NCBI RefSeq assembly: GCF_018977255.1 | Contig: NW_024704742.1 | Span: forward strand, 79,238,001 to 79,302,000 | Reading direction: 5' to 3' | Source of the DNA: Callorhinchus milii | Lineage: Eukaryota | Length of the DNA: 64,000 nt | Part shown: positions 23,322-36,964 of the stretch, in pieces | Numbering within the stretch: the first letter of the stretch is position 1 | How the letters are laid out: each line of letters opens with the position of its first letter | The notes under the pieces: generated by a model | Told to the model about the DNA's origin: nothing | Database searches by the model: none | The model's input: only the letters and a program-made list of their open reading frames with translations | Made by a program: the position numbers and the translations under genes

Positions 23322-25131
23322 ATAGAATATAGGAAGTACAGAGGAGAAGTGAAAAGGGAAATAAGAAGGGCGAAGTGATTGTACGAGAAAAGATTAGCAG
23401 GAAACATAAAAGGGAACCCTAAGGTATTTTATAAGCATAAAAGTAAAAGGTTAGTCAAATGTAGGGTGGGTCCAATTAGGGAACCAAGTGTAAATCCTCT
23501 TGTTGAGGCAGAGGGCATGGCTGATGTACTAAATATGTACTTCGCAACTGTCTTCACAAAAGCAGACGATGCAACCAATGCCACAATACCGCAGGTTTGT
23601 GAACTGAAATTGGATATGATAAAAATAGACAGAGGAGGTATTAAAAAGGCTGTCGGTGCTCAACATAGATAAGTCACCTGGTCCAGACGGGATGCATCCG
23701 AGGTTACTGAGGGGAGCAAGGGTGGAAATAGAGGAGGCTCTGGCCACAAACTTTCAATCCTCTTTGGAGTGGCGCCAGAGGACTGGAAGGTTGCAAATGT
23801 TACTCCCCTGTACAAAAAGGGGCAGAAGGATAAACCTGAGAACTACAGGCCAATCAGCCTAACATCAGTAGTAGGGAAACTTCTGGAGACTATAATCCGG
23901 GACAATATAAATTCTCACTTAGAAAAATATGGTTTAATAAAGGATAGTCAACATGGATTTGTTAAAGGCAGATCATGTCTGACAAACCTAATAGAATTTT
24001 TAGATGAAGTGACTGAGAAGGTGGATGAAGGTAGTGCAGTAGACATAGTTTATTTAGAGTTTCAAAAGACATTTGACAAAGTGCCACATAAGAGACTTAT
24101 AAGCAAAATAGAAGCCCACGGTATTAAAGGGACTGTGGCAATATGGATCCAGAACTGGCTGGGAGACAGAAAGCAGAGAGTGGAAGTAAACAGTTGCTTT
24201 TCTGACTGGAAGGAGATGTGTAATGGTATCCCTCAGAGGTCGGTATTGGAACCACTGCTCTTTCTGATCTATATTAATGATCTGGACCTGGATACAGGGA
24301 GCACAATTTCCAAATTTGCAGATGATACTAAGCTAAGAAAAGTAGTTAATGGTGAGGAGGATAGCACCAGACTCCAAGAGGACTTAGACAGATTGGTAAA
24401 ATGGGCAGAAACGTGGCAGATGGGGTTTAATGTGGAGAAATGTGAAGTGTTGCATTTTGGTAGGAAGAATGAGGAGAGGTACAATCTTAAAGGGGGCAAA
24501 TGAACAGAGAGACCTGGGGGTCCAAATAAGCAAATTTCTGAAGGTGGCAGGACAGGTAGATAAAGATGTTAAAAAAGCATACGGGATACTAGGTTTTATA
24601 AATAGGGGCATAGAATTCAAAAGTCAGGAGGTTATGTTGAATATTTATAAAATGCTGGTTAGGCCTCATTTGGAGTACTGCATTTAGGAAAGATGTTAGG
24701 GCATTGGAGAGGGTGCAAAGGAGGTTTACCAGGGTGGTACCTTAATTATGAGTTATTGGTTATTAGTTATGAGTCATTCTCTCTGGAGCAGAGAAGATTA
24801 ATAGGGGATTTAATAGAGGTTTTCAAGATCATGAGAGGATTTGATACGTTGAACCGGGAAAAACTGTTTCCACTGGCATGTAGGTCGTAACCCGAGAACA
24901 CTGATTTAAGATAGTTGTTAAACGAAACAGAGGGGAGATTAGGAAAAAAAATTTCACCCAGTGAGTTGTTCGGATCTGGAATGCATTACCTGAAAGGGTA
25001 GTGGAAGCCGATTCAATAACAACTTTTAAGAGAGAAGTAGATGGGTATTTGGGGAGGACAGGATTGCAGGGCTATGGAGAGAAAGTGGGCCAGTGGGCGA
25101 ATGGCCTCTTTTTGTGCTGTATGATTCTATG
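23322..25131 (+). mobile_element. 5'-truncated CR1 LINE with a degraded ORF2 reverse transcriptase
   Basis: KSPGPDGMHPRLL, DWKVANVTPLYKKG, NYRPISLTS, QHGF, PQRSVLEP, FADD (24315-24326), LVRPHLEYC, LEQRRLIGDLIEVFK, IWNALP. 3' tail gaatggcct...gattctatg. Frameshifted. Confidence 0.96.
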
Positions 25132-28100
25132 TTAAGTAAAAACAATCATTACAGATTAGCTGCAACATGGACTAATGCAGAGTAAAGTTCTATCAACTCT
25201 GCCCCAACACTGTGACTCACCCACGTGTCATGGCCCTTGCGAGAGGAGATTCCCTTCAAATTAAGCATTAAATTGACGGCCCATCCAGAGACTCAGGTGA
25301 GTAATCAATATACCACAGCTCTGCTTTAACCTGTTTTAATGCGTAGCTGTGAGTTTATTTTGCTTTTTTGAACAATATCCTTTACTCTTCTAAATTTCAC
25401 CAAAACACAGAAAATTTGGGTAATCGATCTCCATCGATGGATGGAGGTCTCAGTGAGAAGAGTCTGTCATCATAGATTGTTTGACTGGATCAGAGAACAT
25501 TCATATGTTATTTGAACATCTGCTTGGGCTTTTCCCAAGTGCCTTGGGAAGTTCCCGACGTGAAAGGCGCTACACAAATGTAATTTTGTTATTGTATTTT
25601 GTTGTTGTGGACCATTGTTCACTTGATCATCTTTATTTATGTTCCGATATCTTGTAAGTTGTTTGCTTAGGAACTCATCCTCCCAATTCCCTTTCTCTTG
25701 CACCTTCTCTTCCTGCCAACAAACCCCATAAAATTCGCCCACAAAGTACACTCACTGCACTTTACAGTGTATCCTGTGATGTTCTCCCGATGTGTAAGGC
25801 GCAAGTTCAAATATAAGCACCAACTTTATTAACCTTCTTTCAAACATATTTCTTTGCACCAAGGCTTAAGTTAACACCCTCAAATGCTCCATCCTTTCTT
25901 ACCTGCTCAGTAACGTTCATCATGTTTGTGAAGCATTTTAGGACTTATCATTCCTACACAAAAGATGCGGTATGAGCGCAAATTGTTATCAGTGTGTGTG
26001 ACCTTTAAGTCGCTTAGCATAGCAGTGGTCTACACCATGAGGAAGAAGTCTGCATAGCTTTAGCTTGGGGAAGGTGGTAAAACCTTAACGTAGAAGTAAT
26101 TGTTTCACAGCAAAGCCCGAACGTGGAATGAGCTGATTAGTGTTTTCTGATAGGGATTGCCATTCGGCCTATAATTTTATATTAGATGCTTTAACATACC
26201 AGATGACAGGTCTGTGTGTGCTTATATTACACAGTGAAGACCAATACATTTTCTTCAAGAAAGCTCCCCATCCCTAGAATTTATTATGAAAACGGCATTA
26301 GCAAATAAACCAAAATCAAGCTTGTACTGGTGTGAAGAAGTCAGGACTTGACATGAACCCAGCAACAACATCTATTGAATAGAAAAAAATACAATACAGC
26401 AACAACAAAATACAACAAACTTACATTTATACAACACCTTTAATGTCAGGAGTACATCACACCCTATTAAAATAAGCCCACTTCAGGGATATGGTTGAAG
26501 ATCTTGCTAATATATTATAGTTGGACTTGCCATTCAATCACATATGATTCTCTATTATCAGACACACATATAAGTATCCACACAGATTTTTCTCCTTATA
26601 AAAAAATCTTAGAATACACCATTAGGAGGAAGCAGCATGTGAGTGATCAAGTTAGTCAAATTAACTTTGACACAACCTTTGGCCATCCATTATCTTCTAG
26701 TCACAGATGTGCATCTGCCTCTTCCGATTTCAGTAAGGTTCAATTATATTTCTGTTCAGCATTGCAATGTGAACTGCAAACTGGAAAACCAGTCAGCGCG
26801 GGGAGACTGGAGTTTCTGTGGAACTGCTGATACTCTAAGGGTTAATCTATGACACCAGCTCTTTTTAAGACCATCAGAGGCAGAACTATCCATTTATTAT
26901 CTTAGTGCATGATTGCAATCTTTCTGTGATGTTGCATTATTCATGTGTTCATCTAATTATGATAATGTTGGTTCTGTCGCCAAATCACTAGTGTCAGGAA
27001 AAATCTTGAGCACACTGTAGAAAACATTCAAACAGATTCTCTCAGAACTAACAAGCCCACAGCAAGCAGGGCTAACCATTTTTAAATAGTCGATTGAAAG
27101 GAAAGCAAAAGTATCACAGCATGGATGTTCGGTGTTTGGAGTAACTACAGGGATTTTTGCATTTCCTGTGATCTGTGGTGTTGGCAGAGGAGAGGGCTGG
27201 GCTGCTGAAGTCTCATTTTAGGTCTTATGTTTGATATGCTTGATCTTCAAATCAATCTGCTTTGTTTATCAGAACCACTGACAAGACATACTCAGTGTAA
27301 CATTTCATTACTATGCAGAGCAGGCGATTACCCAGCTGCTCGAGAATCATGAAGAATTTAATGAAGGATAGTCCCGGCAGATTATATTCTGCACAAAGTA
27401 TTGGCCCCTGTAATGCAATACTTGCAATTGTAATATGGAGTTTTGGGTACACTGTGTCATAATAAATGCTCAGGAAATATTGACTGCGAGTTTGACTTCC
27501 AGGTGATCAAGTCACCATTGAGATGATTTCCGGTGTGGGACAGCCAGCGGCCTGCACGTGTCTAGTCCTAGAAACGCTTGTGAGAGTGGTCATGGCAAAC
27601 CAGCGAGCTTGAGTTGTTGCCACTCTACCATTGTGTGCCGTTTGAAAGTGCAGGAAGCCAGGCAGCTCACACTGGAAGCAGAAGTTCACAATGCTCTGCT
27701 AAACACAGTCCAGAGGAGATCCATGGTATATGTCAAGCCATACTCCAGTAAGGCAAATTATAATTTCTAAGAACTGCCACTTTGGATGGTGAGTCACTCC
27801 ATTGATGAAAATGTTTTCTTTTTTTGCTTCTTTAATTTTTAATATAAGAGGGGGGAGAGAGAGAGGGAAAGAGAGAGAGAGTAGAAGGGGCAAGGCAACA
27901 ACAGCGAGTGAAGCACAGTTCTGTTTATTTCCATGAAGGGTTGGGTGAAGGGTGTGTGTAAGGGAGTGGGAGGTGGGGGGGTGGGAAGGTTCTCTAAAAG
28001 TGAAAAGAGTTAGACAGAAAGTGATGAGTGTGATGTGATACCATCATGGTATAAAAACGTCCCCATTTCTCACCCATCCTTTCCTTCCTCCTTGCTTCCC

Positions 28101-28309
28101 AACGCTTCCCCCCTCTCCCCCCCTCCTCCCTTCCCGACACCATGTAGATTAATTTTTTTCGTTGAGCAGCCCTGTCTGAGGAATCACAAGCTAAAGGATT
28201 CCCCCCCACAACACCCCATTTCATCGCTCTCTTAGCCGCTTTTTCTCCCAGTTCTGAACCATTGTCACCGAGAACTGTGAAGGTGAGGAAAAGGGGGGCA
28301 AAACACCCT

Positions 28310-28602
28310 GACGTCCCATAGCATAGTGGTTAGCGCACTCACCTCACAAACGAAAGAACCCAGGTTAGTCAATTTGCGGATTGCTTTTCTAGGTGTAATA
28401 ATTCCTTCAAACCAAATAATAATAATAATTTGGTCACTCAAACCATGCCTATTTGTAGGACATTGCTGTGCGTAATTGACTGTCGCGCTTTGTCCACAAA
28501 ATACACAGTCACTACACTTTACAGTATATTCTGTGAAGCGCTTTGAGACATCTCAATGACACGATAAGGTGCTATATCAAATGCAAGGATTATTATTATT
28601 AT
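28310..28602 (+). mobile_element. Diverged family A SINE (long-form derivative with deletion)
   Basis: gtcccatagcatagtggttagcgcactc head, Deu part, (ATT)n. Confidence 0.75.
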
Positions 28603-28799
28603 TTAATAAAATAATTACCTTGATTAACAATGTCTATTGGTAATACTGTCCAGTTTATCACAAATAATGCAATTGTACTTAATACTTGATCAGAATCCCT
28701 GTTTCAGCAATATTACTATTATTGCAAGTTTTCTACATATAAAGTAACAGAGCAACAGCAGTTCAATGTACTCCAGTATAGTTAAAGTTGATCTGTTAT

Positions 28800-29205
28800 A
28801 CAGTTCAAAATCCTGGTCCTCACCTTCAAAGCCCTCCATAGCCTCGCTGCCCCCCTAAATCTATGATCTCCTAATCCCCTAACAACCTGCCCGCTCCCTT
28901 TGCTCAGCAGGCTCTGGCCTGCTTCATGTCCCCTGCCTCGCCCACCCCACCATTGGCGGGCAGGCCTTCAGCCACTCTGCCCCCACCCTCTGGAACTCAC
29001 CCTCGGGACCAACTCATCCCGCAGTCCCTCAGCCTTGTCCCCTCCCTTGCCTCCAAGCCCCATCTCAAAACCCTCCTCTTCGACCGTGCCTTCGGTCACC
29101 CTCCTTTCCCCCCTTCCCTCCACCCTCCTCAAACCCAGCCCCCAGCTCGCGGTCCAAAACACTGATTGTCCAGCACCTTGGGAAGTCCTACCAACTTGAA
29201 AGGTC
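28800..29205 (+). mobile_element. L2 3' fragment
   Basis: FKILVLTFKALHSLA and GGQAFS motifs, tail ccttgggaagtcctaccaacttgaaagg. Confidence 0.85.
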
Positions 29206-29305
29206 CAGGTGAAACATCACCTGATAGTTAGGTATATCTCCTCGTTCTGCTTTAATTCTTTTGGTATCAGTTTGTGTGGATTTCCCTCCCCACTCCCTCC
29301 CCCTG

Positions 29306-29307
29306 CA

Positions 29308-29338
<31 letters not shown>

Positions 29339-29343
29339 GCACA
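29306..29343. repeat. Imperfect (CA)n microsatellite
   Basis: Direct reading. Confidence 0.9.
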
Positions 29344-30978
29344 GATCTTGCATGGATGAAGAGCATCTTGTCATCACAACACTTCTTCTTTGAAGTCATA
29401 TTCTATGCTGATCATACAACAGGATTTCAGAGATTTCAAATTTTAAAGTGGGAACTGTACCAAAAAGCAATGTTCAAGTGCCAGCATGATCGCTTCGTGT
29501 CATAGCAGCACTGTAGTATAAATGCTGCCGAGTTCACTTTGTGCACATTGCCAAAAACTCCAGTGAAACCAAATACTAGGGACAGAATAAACTATTTTCT
29601 TTACTTGTTAATGTTCTAAACATGGAAACTCTAAATCAACTTAAGCATGGGGGGGTGGGGATGTCTCTTATTGTAGTACATTAAGAGTTTTCAATCAGTG
29701 CAGCTAAAAGGAGTCATTACACTAAACACATTAATAATTCCTGCATTGAGGATTAGTTAGGCTATAGCTCCCATAATGCCCGAACGTCTCAAAGTACTTC
29801 AAAAGAAATGCCTACAAAGAGTAGTGACTTTATTTTATAGGAAAACAGAGTAACCGATTTGTACGCAACAATGTCCAACAAATAGCCATGATGTGAATGA
29901 TCAGTTTTATCTGGAGGATTGCTGAATTGCTCACACAGTGATCACAAGATTGGTCTGAATGAAGATGGCTCTTCGGGCCATCCTATCTCATCCTTCCAGA
30001 ATACCCACCCGATCGTCCTCCTATTACAGCTTCAAACTGCTTTTTAAACGAGTCCAGTGTCCTGGCCTCTACCACCTTTCTTCACAACCTGTTTCAGTCG
30101 TTGATTACCTTCTGAGTGTAGAAAAGGTTGGTCAGGGCAGTGGGAGAAACCTCTTTCTTTTTCAAATTGTAACACATGATTTTTAACATTCACTGGTAGA
30201 TGTGCTCGATGGAATCTCGTTTTTTAAAAAAAGAACAGCAAAAGCATACACTGACAAGATGAGGACACACAGAGTAAAGTGTCTGACGTGCCCCAGGGCA
30301 CTCCAGAAAGCAAGTGGCAGACATTAGACATCTTCACAGCATGATCTTTCCATGTTTAATATGAAACAGTGACCTGGTTACTGGCAGTGAGGCAAAAATA
30401 CATAAATGATGAAAGGCAGTGTTTTATTTATCAAGCCTTTGCTCAAAGGATAAATTAGCTTGCATTTTCTCAGTATTAATTTCACTAAGAACTTACATTA
30501 ACATTAACATTAACATTCCAAAGAGCACTATATTCAAAATGTGGTCAGTCAGATTCACAGGAAGAATTCAGCCTCAGACTGAAGGGGCACATCAGTCACA
30601 CTGACGCACTTGAGATTATATCCCCTTATCTGTCAGACAAGCTGAGAACTCAAAAAGGCTTTGAGTAGTGAGGTCATGAACGAGGGGGAACAGAGAGGCT
30701 GGTATGGGTCATTTTATCAACACATTGACACACTATTTTCATATTATGCTATAAAGATGTTTTATTATGGTACTGATAATCTAAAGCAAATTGTGCTGAA
30801 CTTCAACATCATCAGTGCCTGAATTCTCTGATACTCTTGTCTTTTGTTGCCTTGTTAGGGAGTTTGAAAATGTGGGGTGGAATTTTAGTGCTCGGAATTG
30901 TGAGATTTTTTTTCGGACCGGGACCAGCTAATCCCAGATATTTGGGTTCCAGAGTGTACCAGATTTAGTGAACTTCAA

Positions 30979-31205
30979 TTGACAAAGCAATCATCTAAGA
31001 AAAGAAAATATGAACAGAATTTCAAGAGAGAATGGTTGAACAAGTTTACGACATGGGCAAGATTGGAGCAGATGATTGTATGTGTAAGTGCTATTTGCAG
31101 AAAGGATATTTCAATAACAAAGGGTGGCAAAAAGGATTTCAAATATCATACTCAAAGGTCCACACAAAAAATGCAATCATACGGCTTTTGAGTATATTTC
31201 AGTAA
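30979..31205 (+). mobile_element. hAT-like DNA transposase N-terminal BED-type zinc-finger remnant
   Basis: SKKRKYEQNFKREWLNKF..W...CVSAICRKDISITKGGKKDFKYH matches the KRK-Y..F..W...CxxC..D.SI..GG..D...H pattern. Confidence 0.65.
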
Positions 31206-31437
31206 AGAATTCTACAACATTTGTTATTTAGCTGTTATGAAGTTTTTAGTCTCAAAAATTGCTTGAAATATATTCTACATAGAATCTGCTTTTTACTTCT
31301 GAGAGGTTTATTGGAGGGGGACACAAACTAGGTTAAAATTGATGCTGTTAAAACTCTACTGCTTTTTAAACAAATCTACAGCTGTTTAGTGAACATCTAC
31401 TGTCTTTCTTCTGCAGGATTGGCTGGTAGGTTGACTG

Positions 31438-31469
<32 letters not shown>

Positions 31470-31771
31470 CCTTGCATTTGATATAGCGCTTTTCACATCG
31501 GGAGGACGTCTCAAAGCGCTTCACAGAACACACTGTAAAGTGAATTGACTGTATATTTGTGGCCGAACGCGGCAGCCAATTGCGCACAGCAATGTCCCAC
31601 AAACAGTCATAGATTGAAAATGACCAATTTATTATTGTTTTTGGTTTTTTGGAGGGATTATTATTAGGCGTGTGGAGTAAGGAAACTTGCCCAAGGTTTC
31701 GCCCTGCCTGGAATTGAACTCAGGTCTCTCGCTTGCAAAGCGAGTGCTCTAACCACTGAGTTACAGGACTT
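31438..31771 (-). mobile_element. Family A SINE, young
   Basis: Full length with a long (TAA)n tail. ctgataat occurs at both flanks (31435 and 31780). Confidence 0.93.
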
Positions 31772-32054
31772 CAGGAAGTCTGATAATGGTGAATAGAATC
31801 AAGATGGTCCTTCTGTGAGGTGGGTCTGAGAACGGGGGACGGGGAGGGTTGACAACACACAAGCATGCTGAAAAACAAACAAATAAACTTCTTCTTGCTG
31901 TAACCAATAAATCAGATACTATAGGACATTGTAGGCACAACATCTAAATCCATGGATTACAGTTGTGATAAGTGTAATGACTCCCTTCTGCTACCTGTAT
32001 TGAAAAATGCTGATTTTCAATCTACAATGACAGGCATCAAACCCTGCCTTGCTT

Positions 32055-32580
32055 TCTTAAACACACTCCTCGCTGGTCTCCCCAGGTCCACCGTCCGCAA
32101 GGCCCAGCTCATCCATATCTCTGCCACCTGTTTTCTTGCCCATACAGAACTCTGCACATTCATCACCTCAATCCTTGCCAGATCCACTGGCTCCATTAAC
32201 TCCCTGCTTTCAAGCAGATTGACTTCAAGGTACTCACGTTCACACATGAATCCCTTCACACCCTGGGACCTCAGACCCTCTGATCTGCTTGTACCCGACT
32301 GCTATAACCATACCTTCCACTCAGAATCCCCTATCCCTTCTGCATCACCATCAGTGGTCAAGCCTTTAGTCATTACACCCCAGCATCTGGAACTTCCTAC
32401 GTCTATCCCTCCACCTCACCGGCTCTTTATCTATATTTAAATCCCACCTTAAAAACTTTCTCTGCGACTGGGTCTATGCTTGCCTCCTCTTCCTCATTTC
32501 TCCTAGCTCAGCATCGAGCCCCGCCACTGTGAAGTGCTCCAAGACTATGTAAAGAGCGCTATATAACTATAAATTGCTAT
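32055..32580 (+). mobile_element. Old L2 fragment
   Basis: NTLLAGLPRSTVRKAQLI..SA and HWL motifs, decayed tail. Confidence 0.7.
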
Positions 32581-33199
32581 ATATTTTTTCGATGCTTCCA
32601 AATATTTACAAAAAGACAACTTAAAACCAGCCACACGGTCAGTTCAGAGAAAGTAAGACGGGCTTATTGGCTCCAGATTCATGGGTTTTAGAATTTTAGT
32701 TTATTGCAAACCATTTTGCTTCAGGTGATAGATTTTTCATGGGTACGAAAAAAAAATGCTGAGTGGTTTGTTAGAGTACTGTCCTGGATATTGTTTCCTG
32801 GCCTGGTCAAGTTTTCAGCTTATCAGCACAAATGTGTTTAAACAAATGGAGGAGTTTCACTTAACCGAGGCTTCAGAATTACAAATCCCCTGTAGAGCTT
32901 CATTGACAAGGCATTACAGCATTAGAGCTTCAACAATGCTGAGTACATTGATCAGTTTTAATGATCGATCTAGATCCACACTGAGCTCTTTAGTTACCGC
33001 TTTGATGTCCACAGTCTTCACACTGACTATTTTTGATTATCCGATGACATGCACCACAGGCACATACATGATGTCCACATATTGGACACATGGTATTGCA
33101 TACATACAAATTACATTTTCATAGCATCTTTCACAACCGAAGGGCGACTCAAAGAACTTGACATTGCTTTCTGGGTTCCTGAGCTAGGGATGGGAGCTG

Positions 33200-33890
33200 A
33201 AGTAGGTGAGGAGGGGAGAGAAGACCAAAAATGTGATCATAAATTGCAAATGTTGTTTGGAATGACTGAGAGCACTGAAATGAAGCTGCAGATCTTGCCT
33301 TCCTATATAACACTAAGTTTGGTTTAAGCACAAGCAACTGAAAGGACAGATACACCATGGTGTTACACAGCCAGCCAAGGGGAAGTTAAAAGAGAACTAG
33401 TGGTGATAATTCACTCATCGCTCACTGTGACAAAATAGAGTGAGGCAACAATAAACAAGGCAACAATAAACAGTGTGCTGGGCTACATTGCCAAATCAGT
33501 TGAGTTCAGAGCTCCAGACATCATACTCAAGCTGTACAGTGTTCTGGTCAGACGACACGTAGAGCATTGCATACATCTCTGGTTGCTATGACATAAGGGC
33601 TCTACAGGCTCTACAGGCAGCACATTGCAGAGCAACAAGGCTGATATCTGATGTTGGACAAATGAGGTACGAGCAATGAAAGGCTGGGGCTCTTCATTAT
33701 TGAAAATAAACATCTCAGAGGGGACCTCATGCAGGTATATCAAATTCAAAATGAGATTGAGAAAGAAAACCCGGGACAATACTTTTAGACGTGCCAGGGT
33801 AGCAGAATAAGAGAGCAGATTCATAGTTTCAAAGGACAATTTCAACACAAACACCAGGAAGTACATTTTATCCAGAGGGTTTGCTCTATA
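33200..33890 (+). mobile_element. Old CR1 ORF2 C-terminal remnant
   Basis: NSVLGYIAKSVEFRAPDIILKLYSVLVRRHVEHCIHLW resembles CR1 LYKALVRPHLEYCVQFW. Later RKYILSRG-like segment. Confidence 0.75.
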
Positions 33891-34151
33891 ACACGTAACT
33901 TGTAAAATACAATCCTGGTTTTTTGTTTTGTTAGGTTCATGTGTAAAATATTGCAAATATCCACCAACTATTTGCTATCAGTGCTAGCATCTGTCACTCC
34001 CAGCTTTGGCAGAACATTGTTTGTTTTGCTGATGTAATTCCTTCTAAATTGCTCCTGATTTATATGCTGCTATAGCTCCCTCTTCACTGATTGTACAATA
34101 AACCTTAAGCCCAACTTCATTAGAATACTCCTGCTACTGAACTAGTAACAT

Positions 34152-34445
34152 CACCTGCCCGGCCTGCCCCCACTACGGGCGGTCAGGCCTTCAGCCTTTC
34201 TGCTTCCACGTTTTGAAACTCCATCCCACATTCCCTTCCCCTCGCTCTCTCCATTGCCTCCTTCAAGGCATGTCTCAAGACCCTCCTTTTCGACCGTGCC
34301 TTTAGGCACCCTCCTACCCTCCACCCTCCCTTATCTCAACCCTCTCCTCCTGCTCAGGTCCAAATCCCTGAATATCCAGCATCTTGGGACATCCTCCCAA
34401 TGTGAAAGGCGCTATACAACTATAATTTTGTATTGCATTGTATTT
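34152..34445 (+). mobile_element. L2 3' fragment
   Basis: GGQAFSLSA, tail cttgggacatcctcccaatgtgaaaggcgct. Confidence 0.8.
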
Positions 34446-34576
34446 GTCACATCAACAATGTCATGAACATTTCTGCCAAAATGTTGCGAAATTATATGTA
34501 ATGCTGTGCCACAGATTTGCAATATAGGCCTGTGACAACCCAAAATGACCCTTACATTGAGCAGACAAGAACATAA

Positions 34577-35675
34577 CAATAATAATAATAATCCTTGCAT
34601 TTAAGATAACGCCTTTGCTAACAGCAGGGCATCTCAAAGCACTTCACAGGATTTACCTAAAGTGCAGTGACTGTGTATTTTGTCAGCGAACATAGCAGCT
34701 GTTAGCACATAGCAGGCAGGGTGAAACCTTGGGCAAGTTTCCTTACTTCACATGCCTAATAATAATCCCTCAAGAATGAATAAACAAACAAACAAATAAA
34801 TAAACAAACAAACAAACAAATAAACAAATAAATAAATAGGTCACTTCAATCCACAACTGTTTGTGGGAAACCGCTGTGTGCAATTGGCTGCCGCGTTTCA
34901 CCCATAAATATAGTCAATTCACTTTACAGTATATTCTACGAAGCGCTTTGAAATGTCTAGAAGACATGAAAAGTGCTATATCAAATGCAAGGATCATTAT
35001 TTTATATTATTATAGCCAATTGTCTCACAACCAGCCATAATAATACTAATAATCCTTGCATTTGATATAACGCCTTATCACGTCTTCGAGATGTCTCAAA
35101 GCGCTTCACAGAACATACTGTAAAGTGAATTGTCTATATTTTGTGGGCAAAACGAGGTAGGCAATTGTACCCAACAGTGTCCCACAAACAGTCATGGATT
35201 GAAGTGACCAATTTTTAAATTTTTTGGGGGAAGGAATTATTACCCCTGGAAAAGTGATCTGCCCATTGACTAATAACTAGGTTCCTACTTACTGCTAGGT
35301 AAACAGAGCCTATGGAGTAAGGAAATTTGACCAACATTTCGCCCTGCTGGGAATTGAACCCAGGTCTCCACTTGTGAGATGAGGGCTCTAACCACTGAGC
35401 TACAGGACTCCACGAAGTGAGTCACCCATATTATTTGGGGGTTGAAACTGACTTCTCTTTTAAAATAGTGCTACCTTTAACTTCTACCTGAATAGGAAGC
35501 CAGAACTTGGATTTAACATCTCATCCTAAGGATGTAACTTCCAACAATGCAGCACACACTCAGCAGTGAAATGAAATGTTATCCTAGACTTGCGACTCCA
35601 GAGTCCCAATGTGGGGCTCGAGTCCACAACGTTCTAACTCAAAGCTGAGGGTGCTACCAACTGAGGCAGGCTGAT
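34577..35675. mobile_element. SINE pile-up: old minus SINE interrupted by a 5'-truncated family A SINE (+, 34712-35012) and a long-form family A SINE (-, 35037-35411)
   Basis: Old family B pieces at 34577-34711, 35013-35037 and 35412-35675 are colinear. A (CAAA/TAAA)n expansion lies at 34778-34837 inside the + copy. Confidence 0.8.
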
Positions 35676-36293
35676 ACCTGATATGAATTTATAAACCCAT
35701 AACTTTGCATGGTATACATCTTGCTAATATCTCAAAAAAAAGCATACACTGCTTTCTCTCTCAGACTCCTCAATTGATTCTTTTTGGCCCCGGGAAAGAG
35801 GTTTCCACAGGAACATAGGAATAGGAGTAGGCCATCCAATCCTTCGAGCCTGTTCCGACATTTAATTAGATCATGGCTGAAAGGTTTTCACCTTTCCCTG
35901 AAATATTTCATTCTACATCAACATTTAATGTCCCATTTTATTCAACATACTTGCCTGAACACAATATATGCAATTTCTGTAGTTGCATGAAATCTTTGCT
36001 CGGAGACAAATTGAAATGAAGAGATGAGTAAAGTTTCCAGATTCACATTACTGATGAATTTGACACTAGTTGACACCAGAACACTGTGGAATATTGCTTG
36101 ACCTCTTCAGAACACACAAAGCACAATAATGTGATGAAAAGTAAATGATAATCCAACGTGATGCCCTGAAATAGGCACTCTCAAGAAAATTCTGGTTTTA
36201 TGTTTCTGTTCATTTCAATGTGCTGAATCACACTTGTTGTTACAACACCGGAAGCAGATCAAGAACAAAATTAAAAGTGAAAGGGATTTAAGT

Positions 36294-36620
36294 ATAATAA
36301 TAATAATCCTTCCATTTTAAATAGTGCCTGATGAAGACATTGAGATGTCTCAAAGAGCTTCACAGAATACACTGCAAAGTGACGTGACTGAACAGCCAAT
36401 TCTGCACACAGCAATGTCTCACTAACAGCCAGAAAGTTAATAATCAATTTTATTTGGGGGATTTTTGGCCAGGAAACAGGGAGAAACTCATTTCTCTTTT
36501 TGAATAGTGTCATGGGATCATTAGCATCCACTTGAAGAGGCAGATAGGACATCGGTTTAATGTCTCATCCAAAGTACAACACATCTGACGTTGACATTGC
36601 TTCCCGAGCACTGCACTGTA
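36294..36620 (-). mobile_element. Family B SINE, partial
   Basis: Tail, Deu part, gtcatgggatc...ggtttaatgtctcatcc. Confidence 0.7.
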
Positions 36621-36964
36621 ATGCATAGGATCAACCAACAACTCTCACCTCAGATATTACCAGAGAGTTGTTGTTGATACACTAGCAAAAAAACACACAC
36701 ATTAATCCGTAATCTTAATCTATTTACACTACAGTGAACAAATGAAGAATTTACAATTGTGTAGTGCCTTAAGATATTGAAATGTCTCAAAGCACTTCAG
36801 AGGTTTTATCAATTGTAATGAATTTTAGTCGACAACCCAGGGGCCTACAACACCAATACAGTCCCACAGTGAGCCAAAAGCTAAACTACTGTTCTGGAGG
36901 ATTGTTGGCCATGAAATCTACTTTTCCTCCGCCAGCTGCAACTGCCAGTCTTTTCCAAGATTGA

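Noticed and set aside
27252..27689. Two in-frame minus ORFs separated by a single TGA (possible Sec or readthrough)
   Set aside because: No recognisable protein, splice signals or SECIS evidence
36649..36681. 33-nt minus micro-exon (CINNNSLVISE)
   Set aside because: Adjacent to a SINE remnant and too short to support without RNA data
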